Of a DNA stretch of 64,000 nt, positions 13,301 through 28,300 are shown one piece after another. The notes beneath the pieces are model-generated. The model searched no databases. It had not been told where the DNA came from and saw only the letters and a list, made by a program, of their open reading frames with translations. Source of the stretch: Tubulanus polymorphus (lineage: Eukaryota > Animalia > Nemertea); contig NC_134027.1 of NCBI RefSeq assembly GCF_964204645.1, forward strand, positions 21,724,560-21,788,559, given 5' to 3'. Every line of letters starts with the position of its first letter. Position 1 is the first letter of the stretch. A program made the position numbers and the translations under genes.

Positions 13301-16300
13301 GCCCTAATAGCGAAAATTTCACATTTAATAGCACCACGCCAGACCCAGTTCCACAGTTCCGTGTAAAGATTTGACTGGAGAGTTAACTCTTCGGATATGA
13401 ACTGATATCACTCTCGTGAGTTAACTATTATCTCACAAATGTGAAACTGGATCACCACCAGCAGCACCATTTTAAATCCTGTGACTGAGAGTTGAATTAG
13501 GCATACTTGTTGGCACTAACAATTCACTAGATTTTATAAGTAAAATAGCTCCCACCGTGAAACAAAGAAATGTCCTGAAAAAAAGTGTTCAGGAAAATGT
13601 TCGGCAAACAATGTGGTTTAACTGACTATGCATCATCAGGGGTCACTTGCACAGTCATAACTTAACTACGCCATGACTTCAATCCGATAGTGGTCTTAAG
13701 TCTGAAGTTGACTTATGTCCAAAAGAGGTTTCAAATCTTCAGTCATTTTTTGATTGGCTACAGAACTAAGTTGGTCTTAGACTGGTCATAAATCTAAGCT
13801 ATGAATGGCAACTAGCTTCTATGAAATCTATTTGCTGAGCTAACTGTATGTAAATGTATTATCGGTAACAGGTAATAATCCCCATCGGTAAAAATCCCCC
13901 CAAATTTGATTTCAAATCAAAACTCAACAAGATATAGCAATATTCTTATGTTGATAAACTTCAATAGTTTTCGAAAGTTTCAAATTCTTTGTGGTGTTTT
14001 TCAGAATTTTCCTGATCTTTACATATCTTGTGGGAATTTTACCTACATTTGTATTATCTGGGGTAGTATTACTTGTTCTCAGATAAAACGTTGGGGTAGT
14101 ATTACTTGTTCTCAGATAAAACATAACCAGTATTTTTGCTATATTCGACGAGTCTTTCACATTCTAGGTTCAATTCAAATCATAAAAACACTCACCTTGG
14201 CACTCAATTTCGGAAAAACTTTACTCTGGAACGGAAATGATTGATCATCTACCATGTGCCAGTGGAAGACATTGATTTTATTCAACTCCATCGCATCCTA
14301 GAAAAAAATCAATTCATTCAAAATGCAATTCATAATTCTATTGAATAATATATCAATCATATCGAAAAAATGCGTATAAACAATGATTCAAAACACAATA
14401 TTGTTTTGACGATAGCGATATTGTTTATTATCATTTTGACTCTCGAAAAGTGGGTGAAAAGCTGCTGAATAACACCTCTGATGCAATACTTTCCAATTGC
14501 TGCCAGGGCTACTAGGATAATTCATAACTAGCCAATGTTCAGAATTGCAGCTACGTCTACACTTGCATCTTATACCCGGGTTACGCGTCTACATAATGCC
14601 CGAAACACGGGTTCAATGCAATTTTCTGCAAAACCTGGGTTTTAGAAACCCTTCTTGAAAAAGAACAGTTCACCCCGCATTCGCATCAGACTGCATTTTT
14701 GCTAGTGTAATGGTTAACCCGTGTTCAATGCAGCGTTCGAGCGTCACGACCTTGAACTTGGAACTATAGCCGCGATTACACAGAGATGATTTGAACGCGG
14801 GTTTTCATAAAACCCGGGTTCAGAGCTAGTATAGAGGTAGCTTAGACCAATACAGTACTTGGGTGTAGTAGTGTGCGCTAAAAATTGGGCCGAGTTTGCA
14901 GTATACAACGGACGTTGGATGGCATAGAGCATGTCTAATATTTCGCCATCTCGGTTTCGTCAGCAAATATTCCCCTAAAAAGGTATGCAGCGACGATCAG
15001 GCTAAAAGGGATAGGCTATTAGACCAGTAAGAGAAAACGCATGATTGTACACCATATCGCGATCGGCCACCCAGCCATCGGCATGCGTGACAAACAAACG
15101 TCCAATAACGTAACGAAACAGTCATCGTCGTCCCACAAATCCAGCATCAACTGGGAGTACGACATACCTCATCATGGCAATTATGACAGTAGCCAGCAGA
15201 AGTATGATATATCTAATAGTAAGCAGCGAATGCTTTAGGGTTTTATCTGTGTGGATTTTATTGTATTCTCTGGAGTTTTATTATTAATTCAGTTACGCGA
15301 CCGCTCTCTGCTCTCTCTCGCAATGCTCTCTCTCGTCTAGTCTACCCTCAGTAATTAACGACAGCTGTGATTACACTGACACGATGCGCAAATAAAATCA
15401 GTCGTTATTTCCGCAAAGCTCAACCAATAAAAGATACGCGGTTTATGAGATATTAAAAGATAACATACAAAGTGACAAAAATAGAGTCCCACAAATAATA
15501 TCGAGCGATGCACATCTTTTATCTACCCGGTACGATGAAAGAATAAAATATTGATAATATTGAGAAAGGAGAAACAAGGTATAACTTTTTTTAGACCATT
15601 TGGGACTTGACCCATTAGCACTCAAACCGCTCTTATCCGCCCTGCCTATTACTCCTTAAACCGCCCGAATCCGCCCTGACACTTTTTTCTAATGCTGCAC
15701 AAAAACAGTTATATTGGGATTCGAACCCAATAGCTTATGATAAACTAGACACCTTAGTACTTAGGGCCCAGTTCCATAGTTATGGCTTAGTCTTAAAATT
15801 TAAGACCATTTTTGGACTTAAGTCTCAACTGAGGAACCAGCCCCAGAATACCGTACAAAAATCAACATCTTCCTATTTTGAAATTCTTGAGTATTTGGAG
15901 TAAGGACATGACAGATCTGATCACTCACTTCAAATCCAAGTCAGTTTGGAAGAATTTGGGGGGCCAAAAGGACACGATTTTCGGTGGCCCACCTCACCAA
16001 ATCTAATACAATATGAAAGTATTGACTACAAATATTCACTACACAAATAACACAAACTTGTAATACATGAAAATAAACAGCAAATGAGCTATTCGGTATC
16101 GGGATAAACGTGGATTTTCCCTTGTATTTTTTGAGGAGTAATTGACACTTCATAGTTTAATTCCTGAGTGCTAATGGGTTAAATCCCAGGGGCTATTACA
16201 TTCATTTTATGTCCGTTGTATATCCATCCCTCCATTCGTTCGTCCGTAGATGGAATCCAGTTATTTTGGGAAGTTTTGGAGACTCATCTATGGCTTGTCT

Positions 16301-19300
16301 TGATCTTTGGTTTATACATCTACCCTAGACACATCTTCAGCTCAAAAACTCGCCCAATCAAATTCAAAATGGCCGACTCGTAATTTAGAACCCGTCCAAA
16401 TTTGGCAATTTGCAACGGCAATCAAAAATCGCCTGACTTGTCAAACCTGGCATTAATTCGATTCTGCATCAACATATTTCTATCATCTATCACTTTCACT
16501 AAACTTGATTTCTAGTCCAGATAATTGAAATCATTTCTCCAGGTCAAGATGTTTTTTTTTTCCGATACGATGACTTGTGAGATTAGTTTTTCCACCATAG
16601 ATATATCCTTCTCACAGATGGAACATTTTGCAAAATCGTGTATTTCTTAGTTTTCAGAAGCCAATCCTTTAAGGCTGGCTTATGTCGACAAGCAACGCGA
16701 CGCCTACCGACACAACTAGGTTTATCGCCAATTAGCGGCAACTAGCGGCTTACGAGAGGCCGCCAGTTGCTGCTCTATCGGTTCGAACTAAGCCGGCTTG
16801 CGACGGCAACCCGACGCCTACCGACTCCTCGCAAGCCGTATCCGGCTAGTTGCCCATGTTCTACTCCAGCCTACGGTAGGCGGATAGTTGATTTCGATTG
16901 CAGCCGACATAAGCTCATCTGTGACGCGACGGAACTGAGCGCAGGGGTTCCAGCCAATAAGAGACCGCATATACATAGTACAAATTATGACCGCTAGTTA
17001 GCGTTATTCGTAATTAGTCATAAACTTTCAAATTCAAGTATTTCGAAACGTAAACCAAACCTTCAGCAGGGCAGATGACTGGACCGAAGATCTAGAAACG
17101 AAATTGGTAGAATTATGGTGTGAGCGGCCATCTTTATATAATGTGGCTAGCACATTGTATTCAAAACAGAATCATAAAGACAAAGATCTTAAAGAAATAG
17201 CTTTTCTAATAGAAATATATTTCCCAATAATTCAAAATATTTCATATTCATTCTCAAAGCTGCAATCGGGCTCATGTCGAACGGATTTAGGAGCAACTGG
17301 CAGCCTCTTGTAGGCCGCTAGAGAGGCTGCTAGTCATGGCTTATCAGCGATAAACCCAGAGGCGTCGAGTCGCTTATCGACATAAAGCAAGCCTTACAAG
17401 AGCCACGATGATACAAGTTTTTTGGCCCAGAACAATCGTTCACACGGGTGCCAGATGGGTCCCGTGCCTATTTGGCCTGACCAAAAATGTTGGATCAGGC
17501 ACGAGCCAAACAGGGTGATGGCACGAGCATGGGATAAATGATTGCGTTGGATGCATTTGAATTTCAACTGGTACATCTGCATACTTTTGAGCTAGGTTTG
17601 TAGCAGGATTTTATGGTTTTGAGACTGACATTTCCAGAAAATAATCATCGCTGGAAGTCGGAGATAATGAAATTCTAGATCTGTCCCTGTTTCAGCCAGT
17701 TTAACGTAAAAATAAATTTAAGAATTTTCAGCCAGTCCATGCAAAGCAAGATATTAGGAAATATTTACCATATGGAGAAGAAGGGTTTCTTTTCTCATGA
17801 AATGTCTTGCGGTGTCAACCAGCACTCCTCGGTGGCGCCATCTAGGGAAGTCTTTTATCACAGTTCTGTTCACATAAAACTACTCAAACGAAAAACAAAA
17901 AAGAAAATCAAATATAGCCACAAAGCAGCGATAACAGGTTTTCTTCATGGAGCTGCTCATTGTCCACAATTCCTGGGACCTTGGAAAATAATTAATAATC
18001 GAACGGGTACAGAATAATTTCCAGCCAATCAAGAATATTTAAATCTTCCATTTGCATGTGGCATGAAAATCATTTGAATCGAATCATTTGCGGTGGCAAC
18101 CAGATAACAAAACATTTGAATCGCTATCTACCAATAATAAAAATCCAGGAATTTAAGATGTTTAGCCCCTATTGGACGAACAATGACAACCACAAAATTT
18201 CTATTAATTGGCATTTTCGTGTGAATATGATGAAACACTCAGGAAATTGCTGCATTTTCCAGTTCCTGTATATTCCAAACATGGATGTTCATTTCATTTC
18301 CCAACCTGTACATTCTTACATTTTCCAGTTCTTGTTTATGCCGTATCGTAATTTCAGTGGATTTTACCTACATTTTCATCATACGTTGGAATATTCTATT
18401 GCAACCATTTTCATGTTGTGCAATTTCTTATTTTGCATCCGGAATACTAGCGATAGGATTTTACGCTGAATACTTATGAAACTCATTCAAAACAAGCGAG
18501 GAGTCAAGCAAGGATCCACCAGGTGGCGTGCAACAGTTCGACAAGCGATACATCTTAATACACTCCCCGCTCAAAATAATTTACACGGTACAATCATGTT
18601 TTTGTAAGTAATACAGATGGGGAGATGGCAGGAACGAATACCTCAGGTCAATTTTTTCCCTTCGTCTGAATGTTTTGAATGTGGAATAAAAATGAATCGG
18701 ATTTGATGTAATTTTGTTCATTAAAATAAAATTGGATTGGATTTGATGTTTTTGCAGAATAAAATTTAATTGAATTTGCAATTCGAGCACATGGCTAATT
18801 AATATATCTAGGTCATCCATCCTATCTGAGAAAAAGCTATTCTTCCCAAACCTTGCACAATCGGCGCTAACTGATGAAATTGATATTTTCTCTAGTGCAA
18901 ATAAAAATTATTCCCAAAAACCAAATCAATGAAAGGTTTCATAGAAATCCAACTAGAAATGCAACATTTTTTAATCTTTAAAAAAACCCGTCAAGTAAAA
19001 CAGTAGACGATACTGCAGGTTCACGTGAACACCTGCTGATTTCAGCAGCTGAGCCAATCATAGAGGAGACAGCTTTCTGATTGGCTTTTTAAAACTAATA
19101 TTTTTGCGTTCAGAAATACATCCTGTAAATTTTATCGAGGCCCTTTTTCAAAATCAGAAGCGAGCTCATTAAACGCCGAATCATGAGTTATGAATGCAAC
19201 TCGCTCTGTAAGCGCGGTATTCTGGCATATTCAGCACCACACTGTAAGTACGGTACTTCGTAAGCCCCTAAATCTCGTGTGAACATCATTATAGAGCCTT

Positions 19301-22300
19301 TGATTTGTCTGATTTATGGATGGGGGAAGCAATTTTTCACGGTTAGATTTGATTAAAACATGAACTAACAGTACATACTTTGGTCATCATAGGCACGCCA
19401 TCTGGTGAAAAGCCATTGATTGGAATAAAAAGAGGATCAAATTTTTTTTTAATGTTGAAATTATCCTTCCACAACACAGGTGTCGAGGGTACTGTGAACA
19501 TTTCCTATTCATCTTATGTAATATTAATCAGTCGATATAAGCAGATATTGAGCCTGAATACAATACTTCATCATATTGGCTTAGAAACATATATCTAACG
19601 GTTAACACGTGCAACATTTCAATTCAATCCGTTATTACGACGGCTTCTGTTTGATAAAGTTGGATTATCAGAAATTGGTATCATAAACAATAGTACTCAT
19701 CTTTCAATATAAGAACAAAATTATATTATCAAGTTTCATCATCCTCATGACTGAATCTCGTTTCAAAAAGGAGATCTCTCAAGGAATCAACGAGTTCGAA
19801 GGCAAAAATAAAATGTGAATGTTTGTTTTCAGTATTTCTAGTAAGCACTTATGAGAGCAGTTTACGTAATGGCCACTGGTAGCTGGTCTCGTCAATGCAG
19901 GGTTCATGGGTTCGAATCCAGGCAGTGACCGAGTTTGTTGGCGTAACAAGCTTCCAAGGTCTATCATCTCAATTGGGAAAAAATTTTGGGGATTTTGGGG
20001 TTCATGTTAAAAATTAGAATTTAACGACACAAAGTAATGAATATCCCTCAGCCAGTGAGTGAGTCATGTAGAGAATGCAAAGTTGTAACGGGGTACATAC
20101 TCTTAACCCTTTGAGTGCTGACTAATCAATACCCTAGTGCTGGAGATAATTTGAAAATTTTTAAAAATTCCACCCTAGTGTGTTGAATAACGGGAATACC
20201 ACTATGGTGCGTCTACACCGCAGCGCAGTGTATCATAAGTTTCTAGTATTTCACTATGTTTGACAGGTGCTGCCATTTTTCAAGAGAGATAATTACTAAT
20301 TACTAATTAAATCAATATACCGCAGTGCGGTGTACTCACAAAATCCATCACCAATTCATACACCGCACTGCGGTGTAGACACACTGAAAGGGTTAATGCT
20401 AAGTTTCATCTCACAAATAAGTTTCAATATGATTGTGGCAATGTTTTTATCCGACGAAAAATATCTGACTCCGAAAACGCTATTATCTCTGCAGAGAAAG
20501 TCTGGAAAAACTATCTAATCTAAACAAATATGCCCCAAGGACAGCAGTCAGTGGGAGTTTCTATCGTTGCGGATTTAATTCCAGACGTTTATTCGAAGAG
20601 AAAGATTAAAAAACCTTTTTTCATGGTGGCTAATTCTCATGAAAAGTAGTTGACTCCGAAATGATATCATCTGAGCAGAGATAGTTCGGTGGAGCTATCT
20701 AATTCAAAGGAAAGTAACCTAAGGACAAATGCTTAGAGGGATTTCTTTTTCATTTTGAATTCAATTCTTGATGTTTTATCCAAAGAAAAAGATAACATAA
20801 AGATAAAAACATTTTCCGTCTATGTCCCTAAGACGATTCCATCTTTTATCTTGCTAAAATACTATAGCAGTCAAAACTAATGAATTACTGCCTTTAAAAA
20901 AATTTTCCCCAGCCTACCAACTTACCCAACACATTTTGGACAAATCATCGGAAGTAAATATACATTTTATTTTGGCTTTAATCTATGAATACCATGGCCG
21001 TAATTACACTTCCACCAATTCTTGATTCTTGACGGCATCCTGGACATTTACAATCGAATATGTACTATTTCCAATTGCAAGAATGAACTAACGAATGGAC
21101 AAATGAACAAATAACACCAGACATTAGCCGCTAAGAAACGAAGACGATTTGGTCCTGGGCAAATTGCCACGGATTAGGCCCCAGTCAAATTTTCAGGAGA
21201 GCGTATGCATCAAAAACAATTCACTCAAACAAAGCGAAGCGAGTCACTTCCGAAACCAGTTGCAATTCAGACGCACTTTTTGGCTTGCGCCTGGTCTGAC
21301 TTTTTTGGTCATGCAATACTCAGGGATGAAAACGGCCCATATTGAAAAAGTCGGAAAATATTTTAAAAAAAAAAAAGAATTTTTTGGGGAACAAAAATCA
21401 GTAACTTTTAGCCAAAAAACTTACTTCGTCAAAATGTTAATAGTTTGGGCCTGAATTAGGAGAGCCGCTTTTTGAATGAGATGCCATATTGGTTTCTCCG
21501 ATTCCACAGTTGTGCTAACAACTGATGAAAACTGTTTTAAGGAGCACTCCTAACTACAGAGTTCTCCGATGTGACGCCCGCGATTGAGGTGATTAAAGCG
21601 ATTGAGGTGATTTACACTGTTCTCAGGAATAAAGAAAATGTTAGAAAAGGTTGGAAATCCGTCTAAGGTCGGAAGATTTTCATCCCTGAATACAGGCATC
21701 CCATTTGGCAAGCATGTGAACAGTTAACCTGGGCCTGAAACGCTTGTGTGATTGCAGCTCTTTTACACTAGATTTTCAAAAGTGATTGTCAAGGTTCATC
21801 CGATAGGGTGGTATCAGGCAACAGACTGATGATAGGAGCCGTCAAATTCGAATCTCGGCTGGCAGCACCGCTAGACCCAGCTACGGCATGAAGTCCTGCC
21901 AAGTTAAAAATTATTGACTCAAAAAATGGCCTGGGGAAGAAGCTAGCGTTATACTTACATTTCCATCTGTGGTGTAATATATGAGCTGACTGAACGTAGC
22001 CAAACCTCTCAACGCTCCCCACGTTTCGTTCGCCGATATGAACGCACCTTTCTCCGATATATGTAAACTATCTGTAAAATCATGGTAAATTCGAAGATGG
22101 TCATCGAACGAGAAATTATGATAGAACGGTAAAAATGAACGCCAGTTTTAACGAGAAACTATGAGGGGCAGGGGCAGGATCCAGAGTTCAATTCTGACTG
22201 CCTCACGAAAGAAAAAGAGCATCTTTTTTCATAAAGAGGCACATTATAGGCATTTTTCCCACAGTTACATTTTCCCCGAATATTTCATGGGTGATTTTCA

Positions 22301-25300
22301 ATTTTCCCAAAATGGAAAATTGGGTCTTCGTAAAAATGAACAGATATCATCATACTTCAGTCAACATTCAAAAGGTGATTTTCTAGGAAAATTGCTAACA
22401 AAGGTGCCCTTAGCAAATGCTATCCGTGAAATAAAAAGCAATTTCCAAAATATTTCCTGGATTAGAGGTAAATATCTCAAATTCCCAAATATTTCCAAAC
22501 TGCTAATATTATTTCAAAATTCCTAAGGTTTGCCAAATTTCCTGATACTGTGGGAACCACGAATAGGAATCAACCCCAATGCACAGTCAAAGTCATTTTC
22601 AACCATTTTTGTTGTTTTTACCTAAATACCTAAATACAAGGATATACAATTGAATATTCTGAACATGTTCAGGACTCTAAAGAAACAATCGTTTGAGGCA
22701 AACCTTCGGAAAATTTTGCCTGATAAAACATTTGAAAGGTTTTCAAATTCATTTCTTGGTTTTTTTTCACTGCTTTTCCAACAAGGGTACTTCAGATTTT
22801 TTGAGCACCTCCTGTGAGGCATGTGACGTGCACCCTCAATCTGCCACTGATAGGTATTTATTTTTGAGGCGGGTCCAGAAATAATTTGCCCAATACAATA
22901 TTGCTATTCATAATTCCATATTGTTACGAAATTGCATCATATCTGAAATAACATTGATCATTCGGGAACTCCAGGCATCATTTCAGCAATTTTCAGTCAA
23001 CCCACCAGGACCACTAGTCTTTCTCATCTTGACATACTCTAGCGCTGTTGCAAAAATAATTGCATATATTCTGAAGTGCGTACGTAGAGCTCTGGTGACA
23101 CGTAAAACTACACAGCGCACACAAAGCGCGAGGCATGCTGTGTAAAATAGAGCGTCACCATGCCCCCCTATCAGGGTGAAAGACATTCTAGAATTGCTCT
23201 CGTTCAATCAATAGTTTTTATTTTTAACTGATCAATAGATTTGCATTCTATAATCGAAATGAACCTATAATTTTCACGCTGGCTGTTGGCGTATAAAGGT
23301 TATGACTCGGTTGAATAGTTCGACCTTCATGACTATTTCATTCAGAAATATACTTTTGTATTATTTGATGACTGACTATTTCGAAACAGTTCCATGTTTG
23401 TGAACCTTTTTGTACTGTACAGTAGACTCCCCGAGTACAGAGTACAGTTGGTCGACATGGGACAACGTCGATGAATACAAAACAATTTTACTTTTTTTCT
23501 TTCTTAGAGTAGGGATTCACCTGTTTTTATTTGATGGGTAGATTTTGATTTGTTTCGTCTCGGTGCCCCTTAGAAACTCGTGACACCTGTCGGTAGCGAA
23601 ATAGGGGATTAGGGCAGACACTATGAAAGGCTGTGATATAATACGCTCCTATCGTAAACTATTGTAAATATAGCTGTGTTTATACTGCATTATTCAGACT
23701 GTTCTAGATTTAGTCCGTTCTAATTCAGAAGCGTTCACACTAGCGAAAAGTCGGTACTGAATTTTCGAAGTGGAATGAATCATATAAGTCCGATCCAGAT
23801 TGAGATTCAAGCTTAGTACGAATTTCATTCATCGATCATTTAAAGGCTGGCTTATGTCGACAAGCAACGCGACGCCTACCGACGCAACTGAGAGCAACCG
23901 CGATCGCAGCCCAGCTTGTGAAGACAGTGCTCCGATTCGCAGCAACTTTAACGTGGCCCTTTTTCGAAATTCAGCTATATAGGGGTTGGAGAATGGATAA
24001 TGCTCTAATGAATGATTTGTATGAATATATGCTCAGTTGCACAGTCAAAGAGCCTTAGCTCTGGAAACCACGTCATTTAAATTCGCTCCAGTTGTATAGT
24101 AATAGGCTCAGCCTACGGCTGGCCTAAAAACGGTCCGAAAATGTTACTTTGAGCTAGTAGTTTATTCGACGTTTCGACTATATTCTAATATTATATCATA
24201 TATTAGATCCTAATTATCCTGAAGATGACTATTAGGATATAGTCGAAATGTTGAATAAACTACTAGCTCAAAGTAACATTTTCGGACTGTTTTTCGTTAT
24301 TATTTTGGGATTCTCTCTACATTTATTTCGAATAATTTGATTGGATGTGGATAGAATATGCGAGCTTTCATGGGTAGTTCACTAGAAAATCCAAATTGGC
24401 ACGGATCAGACTCGAGCCAAATTTCGCCCGTGCCTAATTAGAGAGCGCGTTTACACGCAAACCATTCACTCGATACTAAACAATGCTCAAACAAAGCGAA
24501 GTGGATCATTTCCGGTACTAGTTGCAATTCAAACACAATCATTTGTCTGGTGCTAAAATTTGGCTCGGGCCTGGTCCGACGTTTCTGGTCGGGCCAAATT
24601 TGGCCTGGGCCAAACAGGCTCGGGCCCATTTGGCACGCGTGTGAACAGTTGTTCCAGGCACGGGCAAAGTTTGGCGCGGGCCAAAAATGCTTGTGTGATC
24701 GCGGCTAAAGACTGTGTTAATAACTACTGTTAGACTAACAAGACATTAAAGCCTGACTCATCAAGCGGTCACTTCTAGATCCGACCCAATCGTTTGATCA
24801 TAAGAATCAGCAACAAGTTTCTTACGACCACCGGATCGGATCTTGTGTGACCTGAGCGTACTGACGACTGCTCGTAAGGTAAGGTCGACGAACAGCGATG
24901 TATGTACACCAGGGCTGCCAACCGCTGAAAAGAGCTATCGGTAATAAATTGAATTTTTTTCAGTAACATTTCATCGAAATATGAAAGAAAATGTTCAAAT
25001 TAAGCGGTAATCAACAGTTAGACGTTCAGTAACACCTGTGATATTTCGGTACGCATCAAACATATTAAATCAGTACTTCTTATCATAAAATAGTAACAAA
25101 TACGGAAAATCGGGAACAGTTGGTAGCTCTGCAATCGCGTGACTTAAGCGTTCAGTTCAAAATGATCGTGACTTGAGTGTAGCTAAGATCTGACAAACGA
25201 GTAGAGAAGTCCGCATCAACCTCGCTAGTGTTCTTAAAACCGAATCGCAGATGATCGGTCGGATATTGGCGCGACTAGTGTTTGGCTTAAGATACTGCCA

Positions 25301-28300
25301 TTTAACCCTCTTTGGTCCATTCAAATTTGGACCGTACCAGAAACAGACCCATTTTCGGGGACAAAAAAGTAAATTTTCAGGTACACAAAATGGAAAAAAT
25401 GTCAAAACAATTTTTAGGAGGAACAGTAGAAAATTGTTTCAGGGACAGCAATAGATTTTCAATAGCATCAAAAAAAATACCAGCAGGGACAGTGAGGCGT
25501 TTTCAGGGACTGTCCCCGACAATCAGGGCGATTGGCAGCTCAGTTTCACGATTTCTACTCACATGATTCGTCCGATTCTAAAGTCGGATACGTCGTGCAC
25601 GGTTTAAAAACGGCGACGTCGACCATCTGAATGACCTCGACGAGACCTTGAGTTTGCAGGTGACGATTCAACTCGACGACTGGCGCGACGCTGACCCCGA
25701 GGTCGTCGAATATCGTCGCTTTGTATCGGCGGAACGCGTCCTGCAGGATGTCGCAGTCGTGTTTCAACGCGCGAAATTTGAACAGCTTCTTCTCGACCTG
25801 GTATACCGTCGTCGACGTGGTGTAGTATTGCGGCAGAGGCCACGGACTGCCGAAGCCGACCGTCGGGCCTTTGCGCACTTTGAACTTTTCCGTCGACGAC
25901 AACTTGACCACGAAATCCGAGCCGTCCCAATAGGGGACTTCTTTCGGCCGCTTCTGCATGGCCGCCATGAATTTCTCCCATTGTCGCTTTCTGGCCCACT
26001 GAGCTAAAGCCGGCTCTCCTAAATTCTTCTTATGAAATTGGCCTCCGCCGGCTGAAATATTGATAAAATAAAAATGTATGAACAACATTGATTTGATAGA
26101 AAGCAATTAAAATCATTACGTAATTAGATGATTATGATTTAATTAAACATGTAACATTATTATTATTATCATTATCATTACAATTATTATCATTTTCTCA
26201 TTATTATTATCATTATCAAAAACTTCTATCGATGTCGCATAAAATTTCAGCGGATGCCTCACTGCTGCCACTAGGTCGTCACATTGGTTTGAAATGGACG
26301 TAAGAACACTTTCGAGGATGGAACAATTCGATCGGTAGCGGCGTTCACTTGATGATATCAGTTCGGTACTAAGCGTTCGCCAATTAAATTATTCAGGGTT
26401 CATTAAGCACGGAAAGTGATTCCGCATCAAAAACCTGATCGCAGATTCGGCAATTAGTAAGTCGGCGTATCATAGTACACTACACTCAACCATGGGGGGG
26501 GGAGGATGAGTGTTGTTTATTAACCCACATAGCATTTTTACTCGTTTATGACTCTTTTTTTTAAGGGGCCCACACACATTTACGCCGCGCCAATTTCGTA
26601 CGTACTTAGCACAGAATATCGGGCCAAGTACACGAGCCGAAAAAAGCCAACAGAAAAGGGAGCTGTGGCAAGCGTGTATATGCACAATAAAACCATATCT
26701 ACACTCTTAGCACAAATGGTTCTTCAGAAGAACCTTAAGGGGTTCTTCGGCTTGCTTCTGCATGTATGAACCACAAGTGATTCTTTATCATCCTTGTCAA
26801 ACCTGTTTAAATAGGGGGGGGGGGGAAATTGATAGTCATGTAATAAATCGACAATTTTCTATTCTGAAATCGAAATCGTCAAGTTTCTTAATAATTACGC
26901 ATGGGCGTTGACGATGAATGCAGCACAAAATGCACAGAGTTGCCCGCACATGGCGTTGACTTTGCGAAAAAGATCAAACATGTTAGATATTTGGCGAACG
27001 ACAAAATGCGCTGGAAACATCACCGGCACACGAGCCGAATACTGCGCTGCGCACTTTGCGTCCGCGTCTAAAAAGAACACAGATACGCACGCAGATGTAT
27101 TCACTTTATTTGGTGCTTACTTCCAATATGCTTGACAAACGCGAATTGCGCAGACATTAACTACATTTATAGTTGTAACGTCAAATTTGTATTTCAAACT
27201 GCCATTCGGAAGGCAAGAGAGGTAGGTTGGAAATTTATTTAGAATATATACACGAAAACGATGATAGCATGTAAATGCCATCTTGAAATCACTTTTGATA
27301 TCGCGGTAACTGAAGCTTACAAAGTGCCTAATCACGCGTGAACGCAACTGGCTCTGTGTACTCTTGAAAATTTGGCACCACGCTTTGTGTCTAATTTCAT
27401 GTGAATGCCGCTTATGGCCCTATAGATTGTGGTACTGTCAACCCTATTGTTATTTCCTGATTCTTATCATCGCTATCGTGTTATGCGGGTACAGTGCAAT
27501 CGATTTACACGCGCGTAATTATATGTTAATATTATCAGCATCATAGGTGTTCCAGTCACAGAAATCGGACCTAAATGATTTACTTCGCTTTGTTTGAACA
27601 TTGTTTAGCATCGAATGAGTGGTTTGCGTGTGAATGCGCTTTCTAGGCACAGGCCAATTTGACTCGGGCGTGGCCGGATCCGGGCCAAATTGACCTACAC
27701 AGAAAAATCTTCTGAAACTTTGTCAATTTTGAACTTCACCAGGAGCTCGCAGAAACTCGGTACTACACATTAGAAAAGGTTTCAAATGTTTTTCAGCTCG
27801 CCGTTACTGTTATCTTTGCTCAGTTGTTATATAGAATTATTTGGTTTGTACGCTACTTGCTTTACGCAAAATTATACCCCTTGCGAGCGAATCTGAACAT
27901 AATCGCCCAGTGGTTACAAATATGCCCCCAAATCCCCCCCCCCCCCCCCGATCGCGCTGAAAACATACGTTGCACAATGATTACATCGATGAACATAAAT
28001 GGCAGTTCCAACAGTTCGGGATATGAAGGCGGCTTACAGTGTGGAATAACGTACGTACGCTAATGAATTATTCAATATATTCTGTACTCAATAATTGACC
28101 AATTTGTCAATTGCGAAAAAATATTACCAAACACAGACAGTAAATATAGCTGTTCAAATAGTGCATCGCTCAAAGCTTTATTAATGCAACAGTTTTGATT
28201 TTCTAGGGCAAGGCCATGCTCTAACTATCAGCGATTCGAACCCGGAATTGAGAGTCTCCGCGGTACGGAACCCTGCCATGCTAGCCTGAGAGGTGTACCA

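Noticed and set aside
25604-26007. Alternative-frame and antisense ORFs over the large HEX exon
   Set aside because: They are shadows of a GC-rich coding exon.
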